Origin: Armatimonadota bacterium
GTDB taxonomy: Bacteria > Armatimonadota > SYMT01
NCBI GenBank assembly: GCA_041690135.1
Contig: JAWLHY010000002.1
Coordinates: 320,001 to 384,000, forward strand
Length of the DNA stretch: 64,000 nt
Direction: 5' to 3'
Below the pieces are notes generated by a model. The model was not told the DNA's origin. It did no database searches and saw nothing but the letters and a program-made list of their open reading frames with translations. Positions 37,490 through 47,489 of this stretch are shown here, in pieces; the first letter of the stretch is position 1, and each line of letters begins with the position of its first letter. The position numbers were made by a program, and so were the translations under genes.

Positions 37490-40400
37490 ATGGCTGAACG
37501 CGGGGCACCCACCCCACTCAACCGACGCCCCCGTCTTCTCGCCTGGGTGGTGCTCCTGAGCGCGCTGACTTTTACCGGACTGGCCACCTGGTCCACCGCC
37601 CGCGCTGTTCAGGCCAGGGAACGTCTCCGTTTTCAGAACTCGGTACGGCGAACAGAAGACATTCTGCGAAATCGACTGGATGTCTACGTCAATCTCTTGC
37701 GAGGAGGCGCAGCCTACTTCACCGCCAGCGACGAGGTGAGCCGAGCGGAGTTCGGCACCTACGTGCGGCGCCTGGAGGTGACCCGGCGCTATCCCGGCAT
37801 CCAGGGAATCGGCTTCAGCGCTCGGGTGGAGCCCGATGCCGCCGGTCCACTCACGCGGAGGATGCGCCGCGAAGGAGCGGCCGGCTTCCGCATCTGGCCG
37901 GACGTAGCGCAACCCGAAAGGCACGCGATTCTGTATTTGGAACCACTGGATCGCCGGAACCAGGCAGCCATCGGCTACGACATGTTCAGCGAGCCGACGC
38001 GACGTGCCGCGATGGAGCGGGCTCGGGACACCGGCGCCGCCGCGGCGTCCGGGAAAGTGACTCTCGTCCAGGAGATCGATGCGGACAAACAGCCCGGCTT
38101 TCTGATCTACGTACCAGTCTATCGGGGCCGGGGGATTCCCACCACAGTTGCCGGTCGGCGCGCGGCCTTACATGGGTTCGTTTATAGCCCATTCCGCGCC
38201 GCCGACCTGTTCCGGGGAATCTTCGGATCGGAACAGAAGCCGCGGGTGGACTTCCGGATTTATGATGGGAGCGAGCCGCGCACCGAGAATCTCCTACATA
38301 CCTCGCAGCCAGCGCAAGTGGCTGTTCACAACTCTTCTCTCTTCTCTGCGACCGAACGCCTGCAGGTTGCCGGGCGCCCGTGGACGGTCCACTATACCAG
38401 CAGTGCCTCCTTCGATGCCGCGGCGGCCAGCTCGGTGGTTCCGGTTACCCTGACTTCCGGTGTGGTCATCAGCCTGCTTCTGTTTGTCGTTACCCGATCG
38501 CAGGTACAGGCGCGTGAACGCGCCGAGCAAGGCGCGTTGGTGCTCCAGCGGTCCGAGGCCGAGGCGAGGGAGCAGCGCGAGCAGTGGCGTATCACGCTCG
38601 CCAGCATTGGCGACGCCGTCATTGCGACCGATCCGGAGGGCAAGGTCACTTTCGTCAATGCGGTCGCGGAGGCGTATACGGGCTGGTCTGCGTCCGAGGC
38701 TCAGGGGAAACCCGTGCAGGAGGTCTTCTTCGCCCTACACGCGGAGACGAGACAGCGCGTAACGAGCCCCGTAGAAGAGATTCTGGCGCGGGGCGGGGTG
38801 GTAGGCTTGGGCAATCACACGGTGCTGGTGGGCAGAGACGGCCGGGAACGTCCCATCGAAGACAGTGGAGCTCCCGTCCGAGATGATGCGGGAGTACTCA
38901 AGGGGGTAGTCCTCGCGTTTCGGGATGTGTCGGAGCGAACCCGCCTCGAGCGGAGGCGCACACTCGAACATCGCGTCGCTCAGGTCCTATCGGAAGCCCG
39001 GACATGGGAGGAGACCGCACCGGGAGTACTACGGGCCATCGGCGAGGAGCTGGGTTTCTTGTGGGCGATCTTCTGGCAGGTCGAGCCCGAGGCGCGTGTG
39101 CTCCGCTATGGTGAAGGCTGGTATCGACGCGCATCCGACACGGAAGAGCTAGAGGCGCACCACCGGCACATCACTTTTCAATGGGAGGAGGGGCTGCCCG
39201 GCCGTGCCTGGGCGGGGAAAACACCGGTTCGGGTTCCGGACGTGGCTCACGAGCCCGTTTCTTATCCCGCGCCGGACGGTCAGGCGTGGAGCGCCGGCGC
39301 CGGGATTGCGATTCCCCTGGGGCTGAGCGGCGAGGTGATCGGGGTTCTGGAGTTTCGCGGGCTTCCGGAGCAAGCGCCGGACGATGCCACGACCGATCTT
39401 CTCGTATCGCTGGGAAACCAGTTGGGTCTCTTCGCCGAACGAAGCCGGGCCGAGGAGGCGCGCCGAGCTACGGAAGCTCTCAAGGCGGCGATCATCCACA
39501 CCGCCATTGACTGCATCATCACCATCGACGCCGAGGGGCGCATCATCGAGTGGAACCCGGCCGCGGAGCGGACTTTCGGGTACCCACGCGAGGAGGCAGT
39601 AGGGCAGAGGCTCTCAAGCCTGATCATCCCCAACCGCCTGCGAGAGCGGCACGAGCAGGGGCTTTCTCGCTATCTGGCGACCGGTGTGGGCCCGGCCCTG
39701 GGTAGGCTCCTCGAGTTTCCGGCACTGCGAGCCGACGGCTCGGAGTTCGCGGCCGAAATCTCGATCGTAGCGATCCAGGGAACGAACAGCCCATGTTTTA
39801 CCGCCTTTCTCAGGGACATTACCGCGCGGAAGCAGGCCGAGGAGACGCTCCAGCTTCAGGCCCGGGTGCTGGAAAGTATGGCGGAAGGCGTGAGTGTAGC
39901 CGATGCGAACGGGATGATTCTCTATACCAACGCGGCAGAAGATGCGATTTTCGGCTATGCCGAGGGGGAGCTGATTGGCTGCCACGTCGGCATCCTCAAT
40001 GCTTATCCGCCGGAGGAAAACCAGCGGATCATTGGGGAAGTGCTGGACCACCTGCGGGTGTATGGGGCCTGGTCCGGCGAGTGGCGCAATCGCCGTAAGG
40101 ACGGCGGGATCTTCACCACCCATTCGCGCATCACCGCGCTGGATGTCGGGGACCAGCGCCTTCTGGTATGTGTTCAGGAAGATGTTACCGAAAGGAAGCG
40201 GACCGAGGAAAGCCTGCATTACTTGATGGACCACGCGCAGTGCCTCCTCTGGCACGCGTTCGTGGAAGCCCCCACAGCACCCGGTGAACCTTACCGGTGG
40301 GATTTGCAGATATTCGATGAGCAGGCTGCCCAGCGGTTCCTGCCCCTTGATCTTCTGCCCGGCGAAAGCTACGCGGAAGCCTTCTACCGGAACAAGCCGC

Positions 40401-41323
40401 CGGAAGACCGGCAATTAGTGGACCGCAACGCACGGGCAGCCTTCGAGTCGGGAAGCAGTTCCTATATCCAGGAGTATCGCTGTCTACGCCGTGATGGGGA
40501 AGTTTGCTGGCTCTCCGAGGTAACGCACCTGGAGCGGATCGCACCGGACCGGTGGCGGTCCGTCGGTGTGTGTACGGACATCACCCTCCGGAAGCGTCTG
40601 GAGGAGGCACTCCGGCAAAGGGCCGAAGACTTGACGATCGCCGATCGCCAGAAGGACGAGTTCCTAGCGATGCTGGGCCACGAACTCCGCAGCCCCCTGG
40701 GGGCGATGGTGAACGCCCTACATCTCTTGCGCCGGCGGAGTGAAGAACCGGCGGTCCTTCGCTCCGCCGCCGTCCTGGAGCGTCAACTGGCGTTAGTGAC
40801 CCGGCTGGTCGGCGATCTACAAGTAGTGTCCCGGCTGAAGACCGGGAGCTTTCAGGTGGAGAAACGACCCCTCGACCTCACCGAGGTGTTGAATCAGGCC
40901 GTTGAGACTTCCCGTCCGCTCATCGAGGAGCGTCGGCACCAACTCACCGTAGCCCTGCCCCCGGAGATGCCGCCCCTGTGTGGGGACTTCACGCGCCTCG
41001 TGCAGGTGTTTTCCAACCTTCTGAACAACGCCGCGAAGTACACTGAACCGGGCGGGCGGATCCAGTTGGAGGCGATATGCCAGCCGACCGAGATTGAGGT
41101 GCGGGTTCGGGACTCCGGGTTGGGTATCCCTCCGGAGCAGTTGCCGAAGGTCTTCGACCTGTTTATGCAGTCTGAGCGAACGCTCCGCCGTGCCGATACC
41201 GGACTGGGCATCGGCCTGGCCCTGGTACGCGGCCTGGTCGAGATGCATGGCGGCGCCGTTTCCGCCCATAGTGGAGGACCCGGACAGGGAAGCGAGTTCA
41301 TTGTGCGGCTGCCGCGACCCTGA
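37490..41323 (+). CDS. Sensor histidine kinase CHASE-PAS-GAF-PAS-PAS-PAS-HisKA-HATPase
   Basis: CHASE motifs (YPGIQGIG, N..AIGYDM, SGKVTLVQE), several PAS/PAC, GAF (GLPGRAW), GHELRSPL, NAAKYT. Confidence 0.9.
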   Translation: MAERGAPTPLNRRPRLLAWVVLLSALTFTGLATWSTARAVQARERLRFQNSVRRTEDILRNRLDVYVNLLRGGAAYFTASDEVSRAEFGTYVRRLEVTRRYPGIQGIGFSARVEPDAAGPLTRRMRREGAAGFRIWPDVAQPERHAILYLEPLDRRNQAAIGYDMFSEPTRRAAMERARDTGAAAASGKVTLVQEIDADKQPGFLIYVPVYRGRGIPTTVAGRRAALHGFVYSPFRAADLFRGIFGSEQKPRVDFRIYDGSEPRTENLLHTSQPAQVAVHNSSLFSATERLQVAGRPWTVHYTSSASFDAAAASSVVPVTLTSGVVISLLLFVVTRSQVQARERAEQGALVLQRSEAEAREQREQWRITLASIGDAVIATDPEGKVTFVNAVAEAYTGWSASEAQGKPVQEVFFALHAETRQRVTSPVEEILARGGVVGLGNHTVLVGRDGRERPIEDSGAPVRDDAGVLKGVVLAFRDVSERTRLERRRTLEHRVAQVLSEARTWEETAPGVLRAIGEELGFLWAIFWQVEPEARVLRYGEGWYRRASDTEELEAHHRHITFQWEEGLPGRAWAGKTPVRVPDVAHEPVSYPAPDGQAWSAGAGIAIPLGLSGEVIGVLEFRGLPEQAPDDATTDLLVSLGNQLGLFAERSRAEEARRATEALKAAIIHTAIDCIITIDAEGRIIEWNPAAERTFGYPREEAVGQRLSSLIIPNRLRERHEQGLSRYLATGVGPALGRLLEFPALRADGSEFAAEISIVAIQGTNSPCFTAFLRDITARKQAEETLQLQARVLESMAEGVSVADANGMILYTNAAEDAIFGYAEGELIGCHVGILNAYPPEENQRIIGEVLDHLRVYGAWSGEWRNRRKDGGIFTTHSRITALDVGDQRLLVCVQEDVTERKRTEESLHYLMDHAQCLLWHAFVEAPTAPGEPYRWDLQIFDEQAAQRFLPLDLLPGESYAEAFYRNKPPEDRQLVDRNARAAFESGSSSYIQEYRCLRRDGEVCWLSEVTHLERIAPDRWRSVGVCTDITLRKRLEEALRQRAEDLTIADRQKDEFLAMLGHELRSPLGAMVNALHLLRRRSEEPAVLRSAAVLERQLALVTRLVGDLQVVSRLKTGSFQVEKRPLDLTEVLNQAVETSRPLIEERRHQLTVALPPEMPPLCGDFTRLVQVFSNLLNNAAKYTEPGGRIQLEAICQPTEIEVRVRDSGLGIPPEQLPKVFDLFMQSERTLRRADTGLGIGLALVRGLVEMHGGAVSAHSGGPGQGSEFIVRLPRP

Positions 41324-41348
41324 ACTTCCCATAGGCCCACTTCCGACG

Positions 41349-41738
41349 ATGTTTACCGAAACCTACCTCGACCGCTGCGTGTTAATCGTAGACGACCACG
41401 CGGATCTTCGCGAAACACTGGCGGAGATCCTGGAAGAAGAAGGTTACACCACGGCTCAGGCCGCCAATGGTCAAGAGGCATTCGACTACCTGCAAGCCAA
41501 CCCGCTTCCGAGTTTGATCCTGCTCGATCTGATGATGCCGATTATGGACGGTTGGGAGTTCCGGAAGCACCAGTGCCGGGAGCCGGCCCTGGCGGAAATT
41601 CCGGTGGTGGTCGTCAGCGGCGCCGACGAGCAAGAGCAGCGCGCGGGATTCCGGGAAGCCGTGGCCTACCTTACCAAGCCGGTCGACCTATCCGCGCTGA
41701 TTGACACCGTCTCCCGCTATTGCCGGCAGACCCGTTAA
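41349..41738 (+). CDS. Single-domain response regulator
   Basis: VLIVDD, ILLDLMMPIMDGW, YLTKP; paralog of 5345-5737. Confidence 0.9.
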   Translation: MFTETYLDRCVLIVDDHADLRETLAEILEEEGYTTAQAANGQEAFDYLQANPLPSLILLDLMMPIMDGWEFRKHQCREPALAEIPVVVVSGADEQEQRAGFREAVAYLTKPVDLSALIDTVSRYCRQTR

Positions 41739-42103
41739 CTGGCGGAGCGCACCTAGCGCCCCGTGCCGCTCCAAGCCGGAACGCCAGCCGCACGTCGCCA
41801 GCGGGGGACTCCAGCAGAAGCGGGCGCGGGGCTTTCCGCATTCGGTCTTCCCGGTCGATGGTTTCCGAGCGATGTCCGGCAGAGCGCACCGCCGGCACCG
41901 CGACGCAAGCTGTACAGGCGACGAGGAGCAAAGCGGATCGGAAGAGAGTGGGGTGCTGGCGCTTGTGCGTCAAGTGAGCTTCTTCCCTACAAGTCAAAGT
42001 CGGATCGCGCAGGTGCGGACCCGGCGATGATTACCCGAATGGGATAACCCGGCCGCGCCATCTCTCGTCTGTCCTGAAGGAATGACGGACAGGAGGGGTA
42101 CGG

Positions 42104-43468
42104 ATGCGCAAGTTCCTGAAGCTGTCGGGAGTCGCAATACTGGGCATAGCGGTGGTTTGCGCCGCCCCGGCCGGGGCTGCACCCGGGCCGGAGCGAGCGG
42201 TGCTGGCGGGGAGCGAGGCCGTGTTGGTGGCCCCACCGGAGTTTGTGACGGAAGGGGAAGTGGCCGCGGCCGAGTGGTCCTCCTCCGGGCGCTTCGTACT
42301 GGCGTCCCGCAGCTTCATGCGCCTCCCGGACCGGGTCGAGGCGGTGGAGCAGGCGATGCGGGAGATCCGGATCGAGCAGAGCGTGGTGCTCTACGATGCG
42401 CAGAGCCGGACGTCGACCGAGCTGTTTAAAGTGCAGGCAGGTTCGGAGACCCGACCCGAGATCGGCTGGCTGCATGGAACCGATACCGCTTTTGTGGTGA
42501 CGAATTACTGGCGGAAGCCCGTGCCTGTCCCTGTGCCAGGCCAGGCGCCGCCGCAGCCGGAGCGCTGGCTGTTCCGCGTGGACGCCGGCCGAAAGGCAAT
42601 GCGCCCTCTGTACCGGGTCGTGGGGGACACCCGGCTGCACGTAGCGCCGGAGAGCGCGCTCGCGGTGCTCTTCAACCGGGAAGAGAAACTGCTCCAGGTG
42701 CTGAAGCCGGACGGCCAGCCGCGACAGGTGGTGGCGATTCCGGCGGGAACCGAACCGCTGGACGTTCGCTGGTCGCAAGACGGCCGCACTCTGCTCGTCG
42801 ACTGCCTGGTGCCCACCGGGCAGGGTGAAGGCGAGAAGTTCAAAGCCGGGATCTTCGCCCTGGATGTGACGAAGGGAGCACTGGCGCCGGTTTCGATGCG
42901 TCCGGCGCCCTACCGGCCGCAGGCGCCGGAAGGGGTGCTGCGCCTGCGCCACTCCCATGCCACGCTGCAAGAAGGAAAGGCGAAACAGCCGCTCCGCCCG
43001 CTGTGGCTGGAGAGTACCTCCGAGAAGGAGCCGGAGCGCGTGCTGGTGGCGCCGGACGCGCAGTGGGGACGCCTCTCCCCACGTGGGGATGCCGTGCTCT
43101 ACGTGAACGAGAGCGGGGCGTTCGTGGCGCCGTTCGTCCGGGTGGCGCGCGAGCCGTTCCTCCAGGCGCGGGCAGCGGCCATGCGGGCCGTCGCCCTGAG
43201 CAATGCCAAGCAGGTGGGGCTGGCCCTGAACATCTATGCGCAGGACCACGGAGGTCAACTCCCGGCGGCGGGCCAGCCGGTGGAAGAGCTGCTGCGACCT
43301 CTCGTCGGCGGTAACGCGAGGATCTTCGAGGGGCTGGTCTACACCCACCCGGGAGGTAAGCTCACCGATATCGCCACCCCGGCCACCACCGTGCTTGGTT
43401 ATATTCAGGCGCCCGAGGGCCGCGTCCAGATCTTCGCGGACGGGCACGTGGAGCTGGCGCGGGACTGA
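42104..43468 (+). CDS. Secreted beta-propeller-like protein with C-terminal DUF1559/H-X9-DG-like domain
   Basis: Signal peptide; WSSSG, WSQDG and LSPRG repeats; SNAKQVGLALNIYAQD...IFADGHVE. Confidence 0.7.
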   Translation: MRKFLKLSGVAILGIAVVCAAPAGAAPGPERAVLAGSEAVLVAPPEFVTEGEVAAAEWSSSGRFVLASRSFMRLPDRVEAVEQAMREIRIEQSVVLYDAQSRTSTELFKVQAGSETRPEIGWLHGTDTAFVVTNYWRKPVPVPVPGQAPPQPERWLFRVDAGRKAMRPLYRVVGDTRLHVAPESALAVLFNREEKLLQVLKPDGQPRQVVAIPAGTEPLDVRWSQDGRTLLVDCLVPTGQGEGEKFKAGIFALDVTKGALAPVSMRPAPYRPQAPEGVLRLRHSHATLQEGKAKQPLRPLWLESTSEKEPERVLVAPDAQWGRLSPRGDAVLYVNESGAFVAPFVRVAREPFLQARAAAMRAVALSNAKQVGLALNIYAQDHGGQLPAAGQPVEELLRPLVGGNARIFEGLVYTHPGGKLTDIATPATTVLGYIQAPEGRVQIFADGHVELARD

Positions 43469-43568
43469 TGGGAGGGTGCACCACCCAGGTTCAGCTTGTT
43501 CGCGCCTGATTCACTTCACGGCAGGGCTGACTGGTGGTGAGTGGTGTGTGCTCTGTCATTGCAGGGAT

Positions 43569-43736
43569 GTAGGGCAGGCTTTCCGATGCCTGCCCGGTCC
43601 TGGCCTCGTGCCTGTCCTGGCGATCAGGACCCCATCCATCCCAGCATATGAAAACTCGCGGGGTGTCGGGGCCGCGTTCCACATGGCATCACGGGTGCAA
43701 GACCTGAGCCCGGCGGGGACGGAGATCCCGCCCTAC
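43569..43736. repeat. Inverted GTAG-type REP doublet (REPIN-like)
   Basis: GTAGGGCAGGCTTTCCGATGCCTGCCC ... GGCGGGGACGGAGATCCCGCCCTAC. Confidence 0.55.
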
Positions 43737-43872
43737 TTCTACAGGTGCAAGGACAGAACGCCGCTTTGTTTCCGAGAGAGGACACTGCCAATCGGAATCC
43801 AGGTGGCAAGAGACTGGTACAAGCCCGGCCGGTCCCCTCCTACCCGAGTGGTGTTCACAAACAAGGGTTGGC

Positions 43873-44643
43873 TCAGGCGGCCGCACAGGTCTCCAACTCA
43901 TCCGGGAGCACGGAGCCCCAGTACTGCCGGTACTCCTCCGGGGAGGGGATCCCCCGCTGGGGTTGAATCCCCGGCGCGACATGGGCAACGGCTGCGGCGA
44001 GCACTTCGAAGGGGCGGTAGCCGGTAAGGAGCACCGCCTTTTTCTCCGGGCCCCGGGTCGCACTCCGGATGATGAACGTGGGGAAGCGGCCGATCTGCCG
44101 GAAGCGCGCCTCGCGGAGGTCCTCCTCGAAGAGCCGGATGGCCGCCTCACCGCCCAGGTCCGCCTCGAACCGTTCAGGGTCCAGGCATCCCGCTCCCGTC
44201 TCGCTCGCCGCGCACTCGTGAGCGAGTTCGACAAGCATTTCCGGGTGGGCCGGGTTGCGCCGCTCCAGCATGCTCGCCTCCCGCAGGCGGCGCAGGTACG
44301 CTTCCTCCGCGGCTGGCCCTTGTAGTCCGGCGGCCTTCACCGCCAGGCAGGCCGGATACGAAGAAGCGGGAGGGTCCTCCACCCACAGGCGCTCGTCCAG
44401 GGGACGCCCGGTCTCCTTGCGCACGTAGAACCACTGGGGTCCCATCTGACCGGGGGAATGGACGGCATTGAGCGGATCGGAATAGGACTGCCAGTCCGGG
44501 AGCATCCCTCCCATGAAATACCGTCCGCGGATCTGGTCGCCGTAAAGGTAGCGGAGACGACGCCAGTGGGGCTCCATCGCCCAGCTCCAGGAACAGAGGG
44601 GGTCCGTGAAGTAGAGGACTTCCACTATCTGACCATCATTCAT
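43873..44643 (-). CDS. DsbA/FrnE (YjbH-like) family protein
   Basis: YFTDPLCSWSW (CxxS variant), SSYPACLAVKAA, FPT. Confidence 0.85.
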   Translation of the reverse strand: MNDGQIVEVLYFTDPLCSWSWAMEPHWRRLRYLYGDQIRGRYFMGGMLPDWQSYSDPLNAVHSPGQMGPQWFYVRKETGRPLDERLWVEDPPASSYPACLAVKAAGLQGPAAEEAYLRRLREASMLERRNPAHPEMLVELAHECAASETGAGCLDPERFEADLGGEAAIRLFEEDLREARFRQIGRFPTFIIRSATRGPEKKAVLLTGYRPFEVLAAAVAHVAPGIQPQRGIPSPEEYRQYWGSVLPDELETCAAA

Positions 44644-44755
44644 GCAATCACCTGCAAGGGGGAAGGGGAGATCCCTTGAACGGCAATCTCTCCCCTTCCC
44701 CCTTTCTTCCCTCTCTCCCCTTCATTCCGAACAGGAGATCCGGCTCACTTGCGTG

Positions 44756-45757
44756 CTAGACCGGCGTGGTGGCCTCTTCCTCTTCGGTCTCGTCCACCTC
44801 CATCGGGCTGGCCACCGTCCGCTGCGGGTAGTCGGACCACTGGTTTTCGCCCTTGGGGATTGCGCTCATGATCTCCTGGCTGCGCATCTTCCCGAGCTCC
44901 CGGTTCATCCGCTGCACCTCATCCTGCGTGCGCGACGAGCCGCGGATCTGGCGGTTGATGAGCCCCTGGGTCTCCACGCAGTGCTTCAGCGGGTCGTCGA
45001 TGTAGTCCCACTGCTCGCCCGGGTTCCACGGGCCCTGGCCCTGGTTCCAGGGCCCGCGCGCGTCCGCGCCGTTCGACATATTGAAGTAGGCGTGGGTGTA
45101 ACGCGGGTCGCCCTGCAGCACTCCGGGCGGAAAGTTCGGCTGGATGGATTCCAGAGCGGTGGCGAACATCTGGAAATGCGCGATCTCGCGGGTCATCAGG
45201 AAGCGCAGTGATTCCTGGACGTGGGGGTCGTCGGTGAATTGGATCAGGTATTCGTAGACGATCTTGGCCCGCGACTCCGCCGCGATGTTGGAGCGCAAAT
45301 CGACGGTCAGGTCGCCGTTGGCATTGACGTAGGCCGCCGTCCAGGGCACGCCCTGGGAGTTCGTGAGCGTCGGTCCGCCGCCGGAGAGGGCGAGGAACTG
45401 CGGGCTGGCGAGCGCTTCGTGCAGCAACTTTTCCTTCTCCGCCTTCCCCTTCATCAGGCTGGTGAGCGGGTTGTTGGCCGCGGCGTCCTTCAACTCGCCG
45501 TTGACGCCGTCCAGGAGCATGGTGATGGTCGCCCCAACGATTTCCAGATGGCTCAATTCCTCGGCGGCAATGTCCATCAGCAGGTCGTACTTCTCCGGAT
45601 AGGGCTGGCGCGCCGAAAAGGCCTGGACGAAGTACTGCATGGCGGCCTTCAGTTCGCCGTTGCCACCTCCGAACTGCTCCAGCAGCATGCTGGCGAAGCG
45701 CGGGTCGGGCCCGGAGACGCGGGCGTTGAACTGCAATTCTTTCACGTGGTGAAACAC
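44756..45757 (-). CDS. Manganese catalase
   Basis: LEQFGG..GEL.AAMQY, EELSHLE, DLRSNIAAE, FL.TRE.AH; GTG start after a GGAG RBS. Confidence 0.92.
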   Translation of the reverse strand: MFHHVKELQFNARVSGPDPRFASMLLEQFGGGNGELKAAMQYFVQAFSARQPYPEKYDLLMDIAAEELSHLEIVGATITMLLDGVNGELKDAAANNPLTSLMKGKAEKEKLLHEALASPQFLALSGGGPTLTNSQGVPWTAAYVNANGDLTVDLRSNIAAESRAKIVYEYLIQFTDDPHVQESLRFLMTREIAHFQMFATALESIQPNFPPGVLQGDPRYTHAYFNMSNGADARGPWNQGQGPWNPGEQWDYIDDPLKHCVETQGLINRQIRGSSRTQDEVQRMNRELGKMRSQEIMSAIPKGENQWSDYPQRTVASPMEVDETEEEEATTPV

Positions 45758-45892
45758 GAGGAACTCCTCCCATCACTCGAATGTTGGAGCGCCCCACGCA
45801 AGCCTCTCTCGTGGATGCTTGTCGGGTTGGTAAGGCCACGAGAAGAAAGAGACGCTCCGGCGGTACTGCTACCCCGTGGGGTCGCTGTGACT

Positions 45893-45918
45893 TTGCCCGA
45901 GGCTGCAGCGGCTGAAAC
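45893..45918 (-). promoter_or_regulatory. SigB/SigF-like promoter GTTT-N16-GGGCAA for Mn catalase
   Basis: Exact spacing; 135 bp upstream of the start. Confidence 0.55.
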
Positions 45919-45950
45919 TCACCTCGACCGATTCTTTCCGAACTCCCGGG

Positions 45951-45976
45951 GTTTGGATGGGAAAGCCCCTGGGAAA
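45951..45976 (+). promoter_or_regulatory. SigB/SigF-like promoter GTTT-N16-GGGAAA
   Basis: 60 bp upstream of 46037; back-to-back with the catalase promoter. Confidence 0.55.
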
Positions 45977-46036
45977 CTCGGCTGCGTCCTTCCGCGATCC
46001 CCTACCTGGTGATTGCTTGCATCCAAGGAGGTTCCT

Positions 46037-47212
46037 ATGCAGCCAGGACGATACCCCTTTGTCGCTGCGTCGTTCCTGTTAACCAGTTTGCTGCTGGCGA
46101 GTCCCGGCCCGGCGGCCCAGCGCACCCAGACGATCACCGTTCCGGCGGATACCGTCGTCCACGTCAAACTCGATAAGCCGCTCACCAGCAAGACAGCTCG
46201 GATCGGGCAACCGGTGACGGCGACCATGGCGCCCACCGACCTGGGCGGGTTCCCGACGGGTACTCGTTTTGAGGGCATTGTCACGGATGTCCGGCCCGCA
46301 ACATCCGAGGGGCCGGGCCAGGTTGCCGTGCGCTGGCACGCCGCGGTTTTGCCCAACCCGGAAACCGTGCCCGCAAACGGACGCCCCTGGAGTCTCGGCC
46401 CCGAGGCAACCTGGCGAGATGATGAAGGGCGTCTGATCGGCCGGGACGATACCTATCGGCGATTCGATGACGATGACGACGATGATGATGACGGGTTCGA
46501 TCCGAAGTGGATCGGCTACGGCGCGGCAGGCGGAGCCGTGCTGGGCGGTCTGTTCGGGGGCGGCATCCTCGAAGGGGCGCTCCTCGGCGGGCTCGGAGGC
46601 GCCGCCTACGGGGCCATCGAGGGCGGGGTCTTCGGCAGCGTTCCGGGTGAAACTCGTCCCGTCCGCGTCGCCAGCGCAAAACTGGTCGCCCTGCAGGGCA
46701 ACCGGCATCCCGACGTGATGCTCGACCGGGGCGCCGACTTCGGCATCCGCTTCTCGCAGCCGGTTACGTTCACCGCCAAGGACACCTTGCGGTACCCCTC
46801 CCGGGCGCAGGCGCTGCGGGATGCACGGGTCCTTGGCACGCGGCAGGAACTGTTCCGGCCGCCGGTGGTTACCTACGGAGGCCGGGGAATCGAGTTCGAC
46901 GAGGCGCGGCCGGTGACCCTGGACGGAGTCCCGCTCGTCCCGCTTCAACCGATCGCCCAGGCAGCGGGACTGCGCTACACGCACGGGTTGGGCACGCCGA
47001 ACTTCGCCTTCCGAAGCCCTCTCGGGGATGTGACGGGGGCGGCCGGCCGCTCCACCGTGATGATGGGTGATCGACAAGTCGGGATCTATCCGTCGCCCGT
47101 GCTGCTCAACGGCGAGGTGTACGTCCATCCCCGCTTCCTCAACCGGGTCGCCGGGATGAACGTTACGTGGAATCCCATCGTGGGTCGGTTGGAGCTTATG
47201 GGGGCGCGCTAG
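46037..47212 (+). CDS. Secreted protein with poly-Asp tract, glycine zipper and C-terminal stalk domain
   Basis: AAGGAGG RBS; signal peptide; D9 run; GAAGGAVLGG..GG; DGVPLVPL..IA. Confidence 0.75.
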   Translation: MQPGRYPFVAASFLLTSLLLASPGPAAQRTQTITVPADTVVHVKLDKPLTSKTARIGQPVTATMAPTDLGGFPTGTRFEGIVTDVRPATSEGPGQVAVRWHAAVLPNPETVPANGRPWSLGPEATWRDDEGRLIGRDDTYRRFDDDDDDDDDGFDPKWIGYGAAGGAVLGGLFGGGILEGALLGGLGGAAYGAIEGGVFGSVPGETRPVRVASAKLVALQGNRHPDVMLDRGADFGIRFSQPVTFTAKDTLRYPSRAQALRDARVLGTRQELFRPPVVTYGGRGIEFDEARPVTLDGVPLVPLQPIAQAAGLRYTHGLGTPNFAFRSPLGDVTGAAGRSTVMMGDRQVGIYPSPVLLNGEVYVHPRFLNRVAGMNVTWNPIVGRLELMGAR

Positions 47213-47418
47213 TCTCCTAGCAGGTCGATACAAGCCTGCTTTACCGCCTGGGGGTCTTCGCCTTCCACTTCCACCTCCACCCGCCACGGCGTGGCGCCGG
47301 GGTTCGGCCCCACCAGCCGGACCCCGGCACGGGGATAGCGCTCGCGGATGTTTTCCAGTTGCTCCTTCACCCCTTCGCCGACTTCGCGGGAGGGGACGGG
47401 CTCTACAAAGGTGCTCAT
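47209..47418 (-). CDS. Small hypothetical protein (69 aa)
   Basis: GAGGAG RBS, ATG 47418; SigB-like GTTT-N16-AGGAAA at 47464-47489. Confidence 0.6.
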   Translation of the reverse strand: MSTFVEPVPSREVGEGVKEQLENIRERYPRAGVRLVGPNPGATPWRVEVEVEGEDPQAVKQACIDLLGD

Positions 47419-47489
47419 TGACGGGTGCTCCTCTCTTTGTTGGTCTGCAGTTACGCGCCCACTTTTCCTGACGGCGGGAGGATGTAAAC

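Noticed and set aside
41671-41997. Possible small secreted protein on the minus strand
   Set aside because: It has a hydrophobic stretch but no clear start, overlaps the response regulator's 3' end and shows no motif; support is insufficient.
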